This document shows, in pieces, positions 27,844-36,600 of a stretch of DNA of 64,000 nt. The position numbers and the translations under genes were made by a program. The DNA is from Planctellipticum variicoloris. Lineage in GTDB: Bacteria; Planctomycetota; Planctomycetia; Planctomycetales; Planctomycetaceae. Numbering within the stretch: the first letter of the stretch is position 1; every line of letters starts with the position of its first letter. A model generated the notes under the pieces. That model was not told the origin of the DNA, ran no database searches, and saw nothing but the letters and a program-made list of their open reading frames with translations. Location of the stretch: NCBI RefSeq assembly GCF_030622045.1, contig NZ_CP130886.1, positions 1,313,557-1,377,556 of the forward strand, written 5' to 3'.

Positions 27844-28215
27844 GTGGAAACACACAAGCCAAGACTTTATCGAGAGATCATTGACGCATTGGTCGAGGTC
27901 TGCCGAGATGGACAAGGTCAGATTGGTCCGCAACGGGTTCGCGCGGGCATCTGGAACCGGAATGCGACTCCAGATTTCATCCCGGAACAGCACGCAATCA
28001 ACGAACTCCTGTCGCGAATGACGCCCGTGGACCGCGAAGTCGTCGCCGAAATGCTCAGCCACCAAGTTGAGGTCGGCATATTTGAATCGCTCAAGGTCCT
28101 TGAGCGATTCGGCGTTGCCCCGTTTCAAGATGGATACGAAGGAAGCCCGTTTCACGACTTCGTAGGTCGTATGGGAGATTGGAAGTGGCCAGAGTCTGCG
28201 AACGGTAACGAATAG
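27844..28215 (+). CDS. Small hypothetical cassette protein (about 54% GC)
   Basis: 123-aa ORF (METHKPRLYREIIDALVEVCRDGQGQIGPQRVRAGIWNRNATPDFIPEQHAINELLSRMTPVDREVVAEML...). Its stop abuts hairpin (d). Confidence 0.45.
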   Translation: METHKPRLYREIIDALVEVCRDGQGQIGPQRVRAGIWNRNATPDFIPEQHAINELLSRMTPVDREVVAEMLSHQVEVGIFESLKVLERFGVAPFQDGYEGSPFHDFVGRMGDWKWPESANGNE

Positions 28216-28222
28216 TTACCGT
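28201..28222. terminator. Perfect hairpin (d), ACGGTAAC-GAATA-GTTACCGT, between two convergent genes. Candidate bidirectional terminator.
   Basis: 8-bp perfect stem with a 5-nt loop, between the stop codons at 28215 (+) and 28231 (-). No U-tract. Confidence 0.45.
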
Positions 28223-28230
28223 CGGGCCCC

Positions 28231-28617
28231 TCAGTCTTCTACGGAGTCTGGAGCAGCTCCGCCGGCAGGTGGCCCGAGGTGCAGTGCCAGCCGCTGGGTG
28301 AGAACCTCCACCAACTCAGGCTGACCGCACTGGAAGTCGTCGGGCACGTCCAGGCACACCGGATGCTTGCCGATTAGCTCCGCCGAAAACCGGCGGCAGA
28401 GCTGTCGCTGAAGTCGCTGCTCCATGACGAACACGACATCGGCCCACGCCAACAGCTCCTCTGTGACCTGCACACGGGCGGAGTCAGAGAGTCCCGCGGA
28501 CTTGGTCCGGATGCCAGGGGTAGCCGAGTACAGCCGCTCGGCGGTCGGGCTGCGATGCAAGTTGCCTTCGCAGACAAACAAGATCTTTTTCGCCTTAGCC
28601 ACGCCGGAAGCCTCCAT
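28231..28617 (-). CDS. Low-molecular-weight protein-tyrosine-phosphatase / ArsC-like family protein
   Basis: KKILFVCEGNLHRSPTAERL matches the LMW-PTP P-loop C-x5-R(S) (compare VLFVCLGNICRSPMAE). A downstream DVPDDF resembles the DP(Y) acid loop. The second conserved Cys is replaced by His. Confidence 0.6.
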   Translation of the reverse strand: MEASGVAKAKKILFVCEGNLHRSPTAERLYSATPGIRTKSAGLSDSARVQVTEELLAWADVVFVMEQRLQRQLCRRFSAELIGKHPVCLDVPDDFQCGQPELVEVLTQRLALHLGPPAGGAAPDSVED

Positions 28618-28652
28618 AGCCGAAGCGATGTTTTACTGAACGATCTAGGTCG

Positions 28653-28680
28653 AAAATACTCGCTACGGACCGGCAGTCAA
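28653..28680 (-). promoter_or_regulatory. Putative sigma70-like promoter TTGACT-N16-TATTTT, 36 nt upstream of the PTP-like start
   Basis: Minus-strand -35 at 28680..28675 and -10 at 28658..28653. The whole roughly 60-bp module is about 70% identical to the one upstream of the GNAT gene. Confidence 0.45.
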
Positions 28681-28743
28681 TCTCAATGATGGGATCGAGA
28701 TGGGTCGAATACACGGCGCACGCTGATGTCTCGATTCGGATTC

Positions 28744-28773
28744 GCTCGCGCGGTAACTACCTATCAGCGAGCG
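28744..28773. repeat. Hairpin (e): CGCTCGC-gcggtaactacctatca-GCGAGCG
   Basis: 7-bp stem. Its loop carries the family core GGTAAC. Lies between the GNAT stop and the PTP promoter. Confidence 0.45.
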
Positions 28774-28865
28774 GATGCCGGAGAGTCCAGATCAGCCAGG
28801 CCGGACACCGGATGTGGCATCCTCCGCCTAACGACAAAGCTCAGCAGCGGCGGGGGCCGAGTGAG

Positions 28866-29384
28866 CTATGACCTCCAGAAAGCCGACCTGCCCCCGCCGT
28901 CTGCTGCAGCGCCTGGTTCGGCGAGTACCCGCTCCATCCGGTAGTTGACGAACTCGACTCCTCGGAGAGTTACCACCTGCGGGGCCAGAACGACGAATCC
29001 CTGGCCCTCGAAGAACGGCCGGGCGGTGATGCTGGCTTCGGTGAACAGCCGGGCGAGTCCGACACGCCGGGCCTCGGCCACCACGGCGGCCAGCAGTTGC
29101 CGCCCGACTCCACGCCCGTGATGGTCGGCCGAGACGTACACCCGGTCGATGTGCCCGTCGGGCTCCAATTCCGCGAAGCCGACCGGGCGGCCGTCCTCTT
29201 CGGCCACCGGGACGAACCGCCCGGCGAACCGCCCGAACCACTGAACCGTGTCGATGTCGTCGGACGCCCAGGCGGCCACCTGCGGCGGGGAGTAGTCCCG
29301 GCTGTTGACGCGGCGGATGGTGTCTCGGAACAACGCCAGCAGCGCGGGCCCGTCATTCGGTTGGTACGACCGCAGCGTGACCAC
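28866..29384 (-). CDS. GNAT-family N-acetyltransferase
   Basis: Motif A HGRGVGRQLLAAVVAEARRVG, preceded by VGFAELE, is typical of GNAT acetyl-CoA binding. GTG start. Confidence 0.7.
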   Translation of the reverse strand: MVTLRSYQPNDGPALLALFRDTIRRVNSRDYSPPQVAAWASDDIDTVQWFGRFAGRFVPVAEEDGRPVGFAELEPDGHIDRVYVSADHHGRGVGRQLLAAVVAEARRVGLARLFTEASITARPFFEGQGFVVLAPQVVTLRGVEFVNYRMERVLAEPGAAADGGGRSAFWRS

Positions 29385-29434
29385 TCTTCCGCCCTCCGCC
29401 GCCGAACTTGTGATTCTCTAAACGATCCGAGTTG

Positions 29435-29462
29435 AGAATACTCTCAGCAGGACGGCTGTCAA
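29435..29462 (-). promoter_or_regulatory. Putative sigma70-like promoter TTGACA-N16-TATTCT upstream of the GNAT gene
   Basis: Minus-strand -35 at 29462..29457 and -10 at 29440..29435, inside a module paralogous to the one at 28640-28700. Confidence 0.45.
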
Positions 29463-29612
29463 TCTCACGGCAGACAACGAGATGCGTCGAGTCCGCGGCT
29501 TGAATTGGCCGAGCAACTCTTGCGCAGCACTCGACGCGGTCTCCGTTCGAATTCGTTCGCACGGCGACCACCGGTCAACGTGCGGCCGGCCGCAGCTTCG
29601 GCCAGTCCGCAG

Positions 29613-29643
29613 CTCTCAACGCGAACTTCTCGTTACCGTTGAG
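29613..29643. repeat. Hairpin (f): CTCAACG-cgaacttctcgttac-CGTTGAG
   Basis: 7-bp stem. Its right arm contains GTTACCGTTGAG, the family core. Confidence 0.5.
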
Positions 29644-29929
29644 GGAAGAGGCCGGGACGCGAACGGCGGCCGGTCATTCCCAGGACAAAAAAAGCGGAAA
29701 GCCGCGGGCGATGGCTCGGCTTGAGGTTAGCCGAATCGGCACGTTTCCGGCTGAAAAACGGCATTTCCCGACCTTGAGGCGGTCCGGGACGGGGATCGAG
29801 CTGTCCGCGTGCTGAAGACGGCCCAGGCGCCCCCTCCCGCCTGCGCACCAAGGAGCCGGAAGCGTCAGCGCCCGGAGCCCCCCCCGCACACCAGCACACT
29901 CCCCCCCCCGCCGCGGCATGCGACATCCA

Positions 29930-30145
29930 CGCCCAACCTGACTTCGCCTCCGCACCGCTCATCGCGGTTTCGATCCGGGCGCCGGCAGTCTCCAGGCATC
30001 GGCGGATGAGCCAGCGCGCATCCCGATCATCATCGGTCACCAGAATCCGCGTGTCGGCGAGTAGCAGTTGCGGGGGCACGTCGTCGGCCACCGGACGCGG
30101 GCGGTCGCTGGTTCCGGCAACCCTGCGCAGCTCAGCCACTTCCAT
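29930..30145 (-). pseudogene. Response-regulator receiver-domain fragment (N-terminal roughly 35 aa only)
   Basis: RILVTDDDRDARWLIRRCLETAGARIETAMSGAEA is a CheY-like N-terminus. The frame then degenerates into low-complexity sequence. Confidence 0.4.
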
Positions 30146-30537
30146 TATCGTAGGCGGCGTGCTGCATCAACGCCCGAGCCCCGGCGGAAACCAACGACCG
30201 TCGACAGGGGCACCCATTACGTGACCCCGGCGAGGGACAGCCAGGCCGACGCGTCTCGGCCGCCGGCGCTCAACCGCGGTCACCGGCGGCTCGAGAACAC
30301 GTCTTCTTCGAAATCCGCCACGAAGCCTTCGGCGAGGACCGCAGCCGCGTCCGCCGGGAACGGACGCGGTGCCATCCCCCGCGATTCCACCGTCGATAGT
30401 AAAAACACCTACGCCCCCCAATTCTCATCCGCCCCCGTCGATTCCCGTGATCTGTCGCGACGCCCCTGCGTTCACTCCGTCATAATTCCCGTCCTCCGCG
30501 TCCGGATCTCGCATCGGAACTGTTGAGGAACTCCACC

Positions 30538-31164
30538 ATGGCCCAAGTCTTTCTCGTCTGCGCCGTCATCGGCGGCACCTGGATGCTCTGCCAGTTCGCC
30601 ATGACCCTCATGGGCTTCGGCGGCGACCACGATGGCGCCTCCGAAGTCGCCCACGCCGGCGCCTCCTCCGGTGATCACGGTTCTGCCGGCGGCGACGATG
30701 CTGCCGACGGTCACGATCACAGCAGCGCCCTCTGGTTCTTCAAAATCGTCACCATCCGCACCCTCACCGCCGCCATCGCCTTCTTCGGCCTTGCCGGGCT
30801 TGGTGTTCAGTCCTCCGGCGGCACCCCGCTCCAAGCTCTCTCTGGAGGCGTCGTCGCCGGCGTCGCCGCCATGTGGGTCGTCCACTGGCTCATGCAGCAA
30901 ATGACCCGCTTCGACGAAGACGGAACCATCCATCTCAACCGCCTCGTCGGACTCACCGGCACCGTCTACCTCAAAATCCCCGGCGGCCAGTCCGCCGCCG
31001 GTAAAGTCCACGTCACCGCCCCCCAGGGGACCGTCGAACTCACCGCCTGGACCGCCGGCCCGGAAATCCCCACCGGCGCCACTGTCCGTGTCACCGCCAT
31101 GATTGGCCATGAAGCCGTCGAAGTCGCGCCGTTCAACGTCGCCGAGGAGCTCCAGCATGCTTAA
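30538..31164 (+). CDS. NfeD-like membrane protein (flotillin-associated, C-terminal OB-fold)
   Basis: Two TM regions. C-terminal GTVYLKIPGGQSAAGKVHVTAPQGTVELTAWTAGPEIPTGATVRVTAMIGHEAVEV is an NfeD-type OB-fold. Overlaps the flotillin start by 8 nt. RBS GAGGAA. Confidence 0.65.
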   Translation: MAQVFLVCAVIGGTWMLCQFAMTLMGFGGDHDGASEVAHAGASSGDHGSAGGDDAADGHDHSSALWFFKIVTIRTLTAAIAFFGLAGLGVQSSGGTPLQALSGGVVAGVAAMWVVHWLMQQMTRFDEDGTIHLNRLVGLTGTVYLKIPGGQSAAGKVHVTAPQGTVELTAWTAGPEIPTGATVRVTAMIGHEAVEVAPFNVAEELQHA

Positions 31165-32845
31165 CCCGCTCGTTTTCGCCCAGTCGGACCTGCCACTCTC
31201 CTCGGGCGGCTTCTTCGTCCTCGTGATGATCGTCCTCGCGGTCATCTCGCTCTTCGGCTTCCTGATGCTCTTCGCCAGCCGCTACAAGCGGTGTCCGTCC
31301 AACCGCATCCTCGTCATCTACGGCAGCAAGACCGGCGGAGACGGCACCGTCAAATGTCTGCACGGCGGCGCCAAGTTCGTCTGGCCCCTCATCCAGGACT
31401 ACAACTACCTCAACCTCGAACCCGTCCAGATCGAAATCCCCCTCCGCGGCGCCCTCTCCGCGGAGAACATCCGCGTCAGCGTTCCCAGCGTCTTCACCGT
31501 CGCCATCGGGGTGACCCCCGAAGTCATGCACAACGCCGCTGTCCGCCTGCTCGGCCTCAAGCGGGTCGACATCGAAAAACAGGCCCAGGAGATCATCTTC
31601 GGCCAGCTCCGCCAGGTCATCGCCTCCATGCGGATCGAGGACATCAACCGCGACCGCGACACCTTCCTGACCCACATTCAGAACTCCCTGGAGCCCGAGC
31701 TCAAAAAAATCGGCCTCGTCCTCATCAACGTCAACATCACCGACATCACCGACGAATCGGGCTACATCGACGCCATCGGCCAGAAGGCCGCCTCCCAGGC
31801 CATCCAGCAGGCCCGCGGCGACGTCGCCGAGCAGCTCCGCCTCGGCGAAACCCGCGTCGCCGAAGCCGAACGCGACAAGGTCGTGCAGATCAGCTCGGCT
31901 ACCAAAGAACGGGAAATCGGCATCCGCACCGCCGAACGCGATCAGGCGATTCGCGTCGCGGAGCTGGAAAAAGAGCGCCAGATCGGGATGCAGTCCGCCG
32001 CTCGCGAGCTCGCCGTCCGCGTCGCCGAGCTGGACAAAGAAAAGCAGATCGCCGAACAGACAGCCGCCTTCCAGCGCGAAGCCCAGGTCAAAACCGCCGA
32101 ACAGGACATGCGGATCCGAACCGCCGAGGCCAACGCCCGCGCGGTCGAAGGCGAAAACATCTCCCAGGCGGCCATCGCCAAGTCCAAAGCCGAACTGGCC
32201 GTCAGAAACGCGGAAGCCTACCAGATCGGCGAAACTCGCCGGCGCGAAGCCGAAGCGTCGGTGCTCGAAGCCCAGCACCGCGCCATGGCCAAGGCCGCTC
32301 TGGCCGACGCCGAACGGATCGAAGCCGAAAAACGGGCCTCGCTCGAAGCGGTCGCCAAGGCCGAAAAAGCCAAGATGATCGTCGACGCCCAGGCGAGCGC
32401 CGAAAAGCGGAAGATCGAAGCCGAAGGCGAAGCCTCCGCCATCTACGCCAAATTCGAAGCCGAGGCCCGCGGACAGTATGAAGTCCTCGCCAAAAAGGGC
32501 GAAGGTCTCAAACAGATCATCGATGCGTGCGGCGGGGCGCAGCAGGCCTTCCAGCTCCTGATGCTCGAACATATCGATAAAATGGCCGAGGCCTCGGCCA
32601 CCGCGATTTCGAACATCAAGTTCGACAAAATCGTGGTCTGGGACGGCGGGAACTCCAACGGTCACGGCGGGGCCACCGCGAATTTCCTGCAGAGCATGAG
32701 CCGCAGCCTCCCCCCGATGATGCAGGTCATGAAAGACATCGCCGGGATCGAACTGCCGGAAACGCTGCTGAAGGTCGCGGGCGACGAGCCCTCCCCCAAC
32801 GGCCACGTCGACCTCGCCCCCGCCGGCAGCACCGGGCCGGAATAA
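31157..32845 (+). CDS. Flotillin-family SPFH/band-7 protein (FloT/YuaG-like)
   Basis: N-terminal TM, an SPFH domain, then a long Ala/Glu-rich coiled coil (EAERDKVVQISSATKEREIGIRTAERDQAIRVAELEKERQIG...) and the flotillin C-terminal region. Confidence 0.85.
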   Translation: MLNPLVFAQSDLPLSSGGFFVLVMIVLAVISLFGFLMLFASRYKRCPSNRILVIYGSKTGGDGTVKCLHGGAKFVWPLIQDYNYLNLEPVQIEIPLRGALSAENIRVSVPSVFTVAIGVTPEVMHNAAVRLLGLKRVDIEKQAQEIIFGQLRQVIASMRIEDINRDRDTFLTHIQNSLEPELKKIGLVLINVNITDITDESGYIDAIGQKAASQAIQQARGDVAEQLRLGETRVAEAERDKVVQISSATKEREIGIRTAERDQAIRVAELEKERQIGMQSAARELAVRVAELDKEKQIAEQTAAFQREAQVKTAEQDMRIRTAEANARAVEGENISQAAIAKSKAELAVRNAEAYQIGETRRREAEASVLEAQHRAMAKAALADAERIEAEKRASLEAVAKAEKAKMIVDAQASAEKRKIEAEGEASAIYAKFEAEARGQYEVLAKKGEGLKQIIDACGGAQQAFQLLMLEHIDKMAEASATAISNIKFDKIVVWDGGNSNGHGGATANFLQSMSRSLPPMMQVMKDIAGIELPETLLKVAGDEPSPNGHVDLAPAGSTGPE

Positions 32846-32892
32846 CTCGACCGCGCTCAAACTCCCGCCGAAACCCACACCCTCCAGTCCCC

Positions 32893-32914
32893 ACTCCCGC
32901 TGTCTTCAGCGGGA
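32893..32914 (+). terminator. Hairpin CTCCCGCT-GTCTTC-AGCGGGAG downstream of the flotillin gene
   Basis: 8-bp GC-rich stem about 50 nt after the stop. Confidence 0.35.
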
Positions 32915-33021
32915 GAGGGCCAGGGCGAGGGACTTCATCGCACCACCAGCCAGGGCCTCCCTCTCAGTGGCACAGACATTCCTGTCTGTGATCTTCCCCC
33001 GCCGCCGCACGCTACCGCGAC

Positions 33022-33543
33022 GTGTTCAACGTGTTGCTGCAGCTCCTGGACGACGGCCGGCTGACCGACAGCCACGGCCGGACGGTCGACTTCACCAACA
33101 CGATCGTGGTGATGACGTCGAACATCGGGAGCCAGTTGATCCTGGATCTGAACGGGCAGGAGGACGACAAGGAGATCGAACGCCGGGTGCTGGGGGCCCT
33201 GCGGAAGGAGTTCCTGCCGGAGTTTTTGAACCGGGTGGACGAGACGATCGTGTTCCACCCGCTGGGCCGGACGGAAGTGCGACAGATCGTGGAACTGCAA
33301 CTGGCGAAGCTGCAGCAGCGTCTGGCGGACAACGATTTCACGCTGGAAGTGTCGGACGAAGCGAAGCAGGCGCTGGCGGAAGAGGGCTACGACCCGGTCT
33401 ACGGGGCCCGGCCGCTGAAGCGCGTGATCCAGCAGCGTCTGCAGAACGAGCTGGCGAACGCGATCCTGGGAGGCGAGTTCCCCGAGGGGAGCACGATCCG
33501 GGTGGAGAGCCAGAACGGGGAGTTCGCGTTCCGGGCGGTGTGA
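33022..33543 (+). pseudogene. clpB: ClpB C-terminal fragment (AAA+ D2 small domain onward). The 5' roughly 2 kb of the gene is missing.
   Basis: [37 protein letters not shown]...[26 protein letters not shown]...[32 protein letters not shown] is collinear with the last roughly 175 aa of ClpB. Similarity stops abruptly about 20 nt upstream. Confidence 0.75.
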
Positions 33544-33564
33544 TTCGCTCGGACGACGGAATCA

Positions 33565-33623
33565 GGTGACGGATGGCCCTCCGGACCGCGTCAGCGGTCC
33601 GGGAGGACGCACTTGGCGTCACC
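33565..33623. terminator. Long nested hairpin between the convergent clpB fragment and the HD-GHKL gene
   Basis: GGTGACG...CCGGACCGC-gtca-GCGGTCCGG...CGTCACC has a perfect 9-bp inner stem plus a 7-bp outer stem. Confidence 0.4.
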
Positions 33624-33629
33624 TTGAAG

Positions 33630-36600
33630 CTACTCCTCCGCCCTGCGAACGCTTTGGACTTGCGTCACTATCCACTGCGAGCCCGGAACTGGAATCACGA
33701 AAGGCTCTTCTTTAATTCCTCCGTCCCTTCGAAACATAAACAACGTATTTGAAACGCCTCCATTTTCATCGATGTTCTGTTGAACAAAGCGGATTTCAGG
33801 CATTGCACCAACGGCCTGCCACATTGATTCAGCAAGACGCACCTCTCCTTCGACAATTCCATTCCAACGACCAATATCTCGGTGAGCCACTATGTCAAAC
33901 ATCAACAGATGCGCAAACTCCGGATCCCGGCACTTGTCTATAGTCTCCACTACATCTGCCTTCTTAACGGCTGACACATGCGCCGACTCCGCTAATGCCG
34001 AGGCTTCCCAATTACACTTCCCTACGAATGAATGCCTCTCGTTCCAAACGAACTGGGAATCCGTACTCAAAAGGCCTACCCAATCTGACCACGCATCTGG
34101 GAAGCTCAATCGCGACCATCTGCTACACTTGCAGTCGAAACGCGCCACTCCCGAATCCCAAACCGGTACGATTACCGCACCCGACTCACCAGCATCATAC
34201 GCGAGGATTCGTGTAGGCCTAATTGGCACGAATAGATTCCAACCAGTGTTTCCGTCGACAACCACTACATGAAGCGCACAATATGACCGTAACAAGCCTG
34301 CCTCTGTCTGGAGGCAGACGTCGGCACTGTCGCCTGACCACACTCGGTTGTTCTTTGTGAACGGAAACTGTGTTTTTTCCCAAGAAAATACCCGATTTCC
34401 ATCACCTGACGTCCCGACCGATCGGATCCAGTACAACTCTGCGTCTGGAAAATCGACGCGGTGAGCGATCGAATACGAAATACTTGCAAATTGTGACCCT
34501 GCGCATAACTCGACAACTCTACTCCGCACGGCGTTTACGTGCTTCGCAACCAACCTTAATAGCGCCCACCTATCCACCTCTGGCGACAACTGGATCCACT
34601 CTCGACTCAAAGCAAGCCGCCCAATCGACTCTTCTTCAAGATCGATCTCTATCGTACATCCGCGGTCAAAACCGTACACAAGTACCGCGACGCGGGACTC
34701 GCTTTCTACGACACGAGCGACGACACTCATTCCCCGCCACGAGAGAAGAAGATCACCTCCAACTGCCAGGCCAATCGTTGGGCTTTTGCCAAGGCGAAAC
34801 GCTTCAATTTGCCGCACCTGCGGTTGTACCGCGTCGCCTGACGTCTCCATGTACACGGGAGACGTGCCCCCAGGCAGCTGAAAGTAGGGGACGTGGATAC
34901 GCGCCGTTCCAATCCGGTCGAGACGGACCTCCTCCCCAATTTGCCAACGTATCGCGTCGCGCACGGAGGCAATGGTTGCCTCTTGTCGCATTTGGGACTC
35001 AGCCATTCGCCTCGCGGCAACTGGGTCGATAAACGCTTCTCGCTCCCTTTGCTCTCTGCCGAAACTCTCTAATCGGTCGTTCCCAGCAATTGGTGTCAAC
35101 GACTCCGACGTTCGTGCCCAACCGGGCGCGATTTCGAGCGTGTCCGAAGACTCTGGAAGCGAGCATTTGAGAACAAAGCGGCAGGGAACGCGCGTGAGCG
35201 TCCCAGTCACGTAAGTCCTAAGTGATCGCCAGAACGCAACGGGATCAGCACACACATTGCTACGTAACGCAAGAACGACTTTTGTACCCGAATCAGACCG
35301 ATTCAGGCGTACGAGTTCTCCGAAATCGCCGACTCCGCCCGTCGTAAAGCGCCAACCCGTACCGTCGTCGTCTCCTGCGCCGGAGTGTCTTCGCGTTTCA
35401 ATCGTCACGCTATTCGCTAACAGGAAATAGCTCAGCACTCCAATCCCAAACTTTCCGGTCCGCCCCAGCCTTCGCCCATGCCGATTGCACGCTCTTTCCA
35501 GTTCCGTCACGTCCGGACGTTCTGACGCACCACTAACCAGCAAGTGCTTGCTAATTATGCGTTTAGACATGCCGGCACCGCTGTCCGCACACACAAGGCA
35601 GACGTCACCGCCAACGACAGTTAGTTCGAGCGTAACGCTAGCGAGCGACTGAATGAGCGAAAACGCCTCATCGGTTTGCTGTGGAAGTGCTAGCCAGTCG
35701 TATGCGACACGCTCTCGAACTGCGTCGATGGCGTTCTGCAATAACTCACGGACGGCACAGAGCGGCTCCGAGTAGAGTTCCTGGCTTCCAAGCAGTTGAA
35801 GCACTTTGTCTGTATTAGGCCGGAAGGCTCCGTCAATGTACTCGTAGTGACCTGGCGCCGGCGTGATTGATCGCTGAAGAAACGGCGACAGTTTCCACGC
35901 ATACGCCTCTCCTCGTCCCTCTCGGTACGGGATGCTCTCGAATGGAATCTCAGTCGAGAGACGTTGGCAGAGCCGCAATTCTTCTTCGATCTGATCTGCC
36001 GTGTCGACTATGGCTCGGTGAATATACGCTCGACGTGGGTGAGCGATGAGACGTACGTTGTAGTCGTCAAGCTCTACACTGAAATCGTGATCTTTGTACC
36101 AGTATGGGATGCTGGATGGATCGATGTCCCGGTGCGTCAAAATGACTTCGGGAGTCCGTTCCGGATCAACCTCCAAGACATCAGCAATTCTGAGAATGCA
36201 TGCGAGGAACCTAAGATGAACGATGCGTTCGCGTATTACCTTTGGAGAGAAGCATCTCTCGACTAGACGCTCATACCCATAATGGTGAGAACGGCACAGT
36301 TCAATGAGATCTTCAGAAAATCCGGCGTAGAGAGGACTTGGTTCGGGCGGTAGTTCTAACGACGACGCGATCCATTCTTGACTCCAGTCATTGTGCTTCG
36401 AACGGCAATAATGCGCAATAGCGCGGCGTACCCTCGCTAGGCTAGCAGGATCTGGGATAGTCGGAGACAGTCCTGTCGCATTTGCAAACTCTGGAGAAGC
36501 CCGCATCCAACGTTGAAAGTCTTCGACGTCCGGCGCATGATCAGGCTGTGCAGGCCCTCCAAGTGCCGATACCGTGAGTGCGTGGACTCTACCTTGGTGT

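Noticed and set aside
26045-29643. Integron cassette array with attC sites
   Set aside because: The palindromes do not carry the RYYYAAC/GTTRRRY core pair. The cassette genes point in both directions, and no intI-like tyrosine recombinase is present. A REP/terminator-like hairpin family is the more conservative reading.
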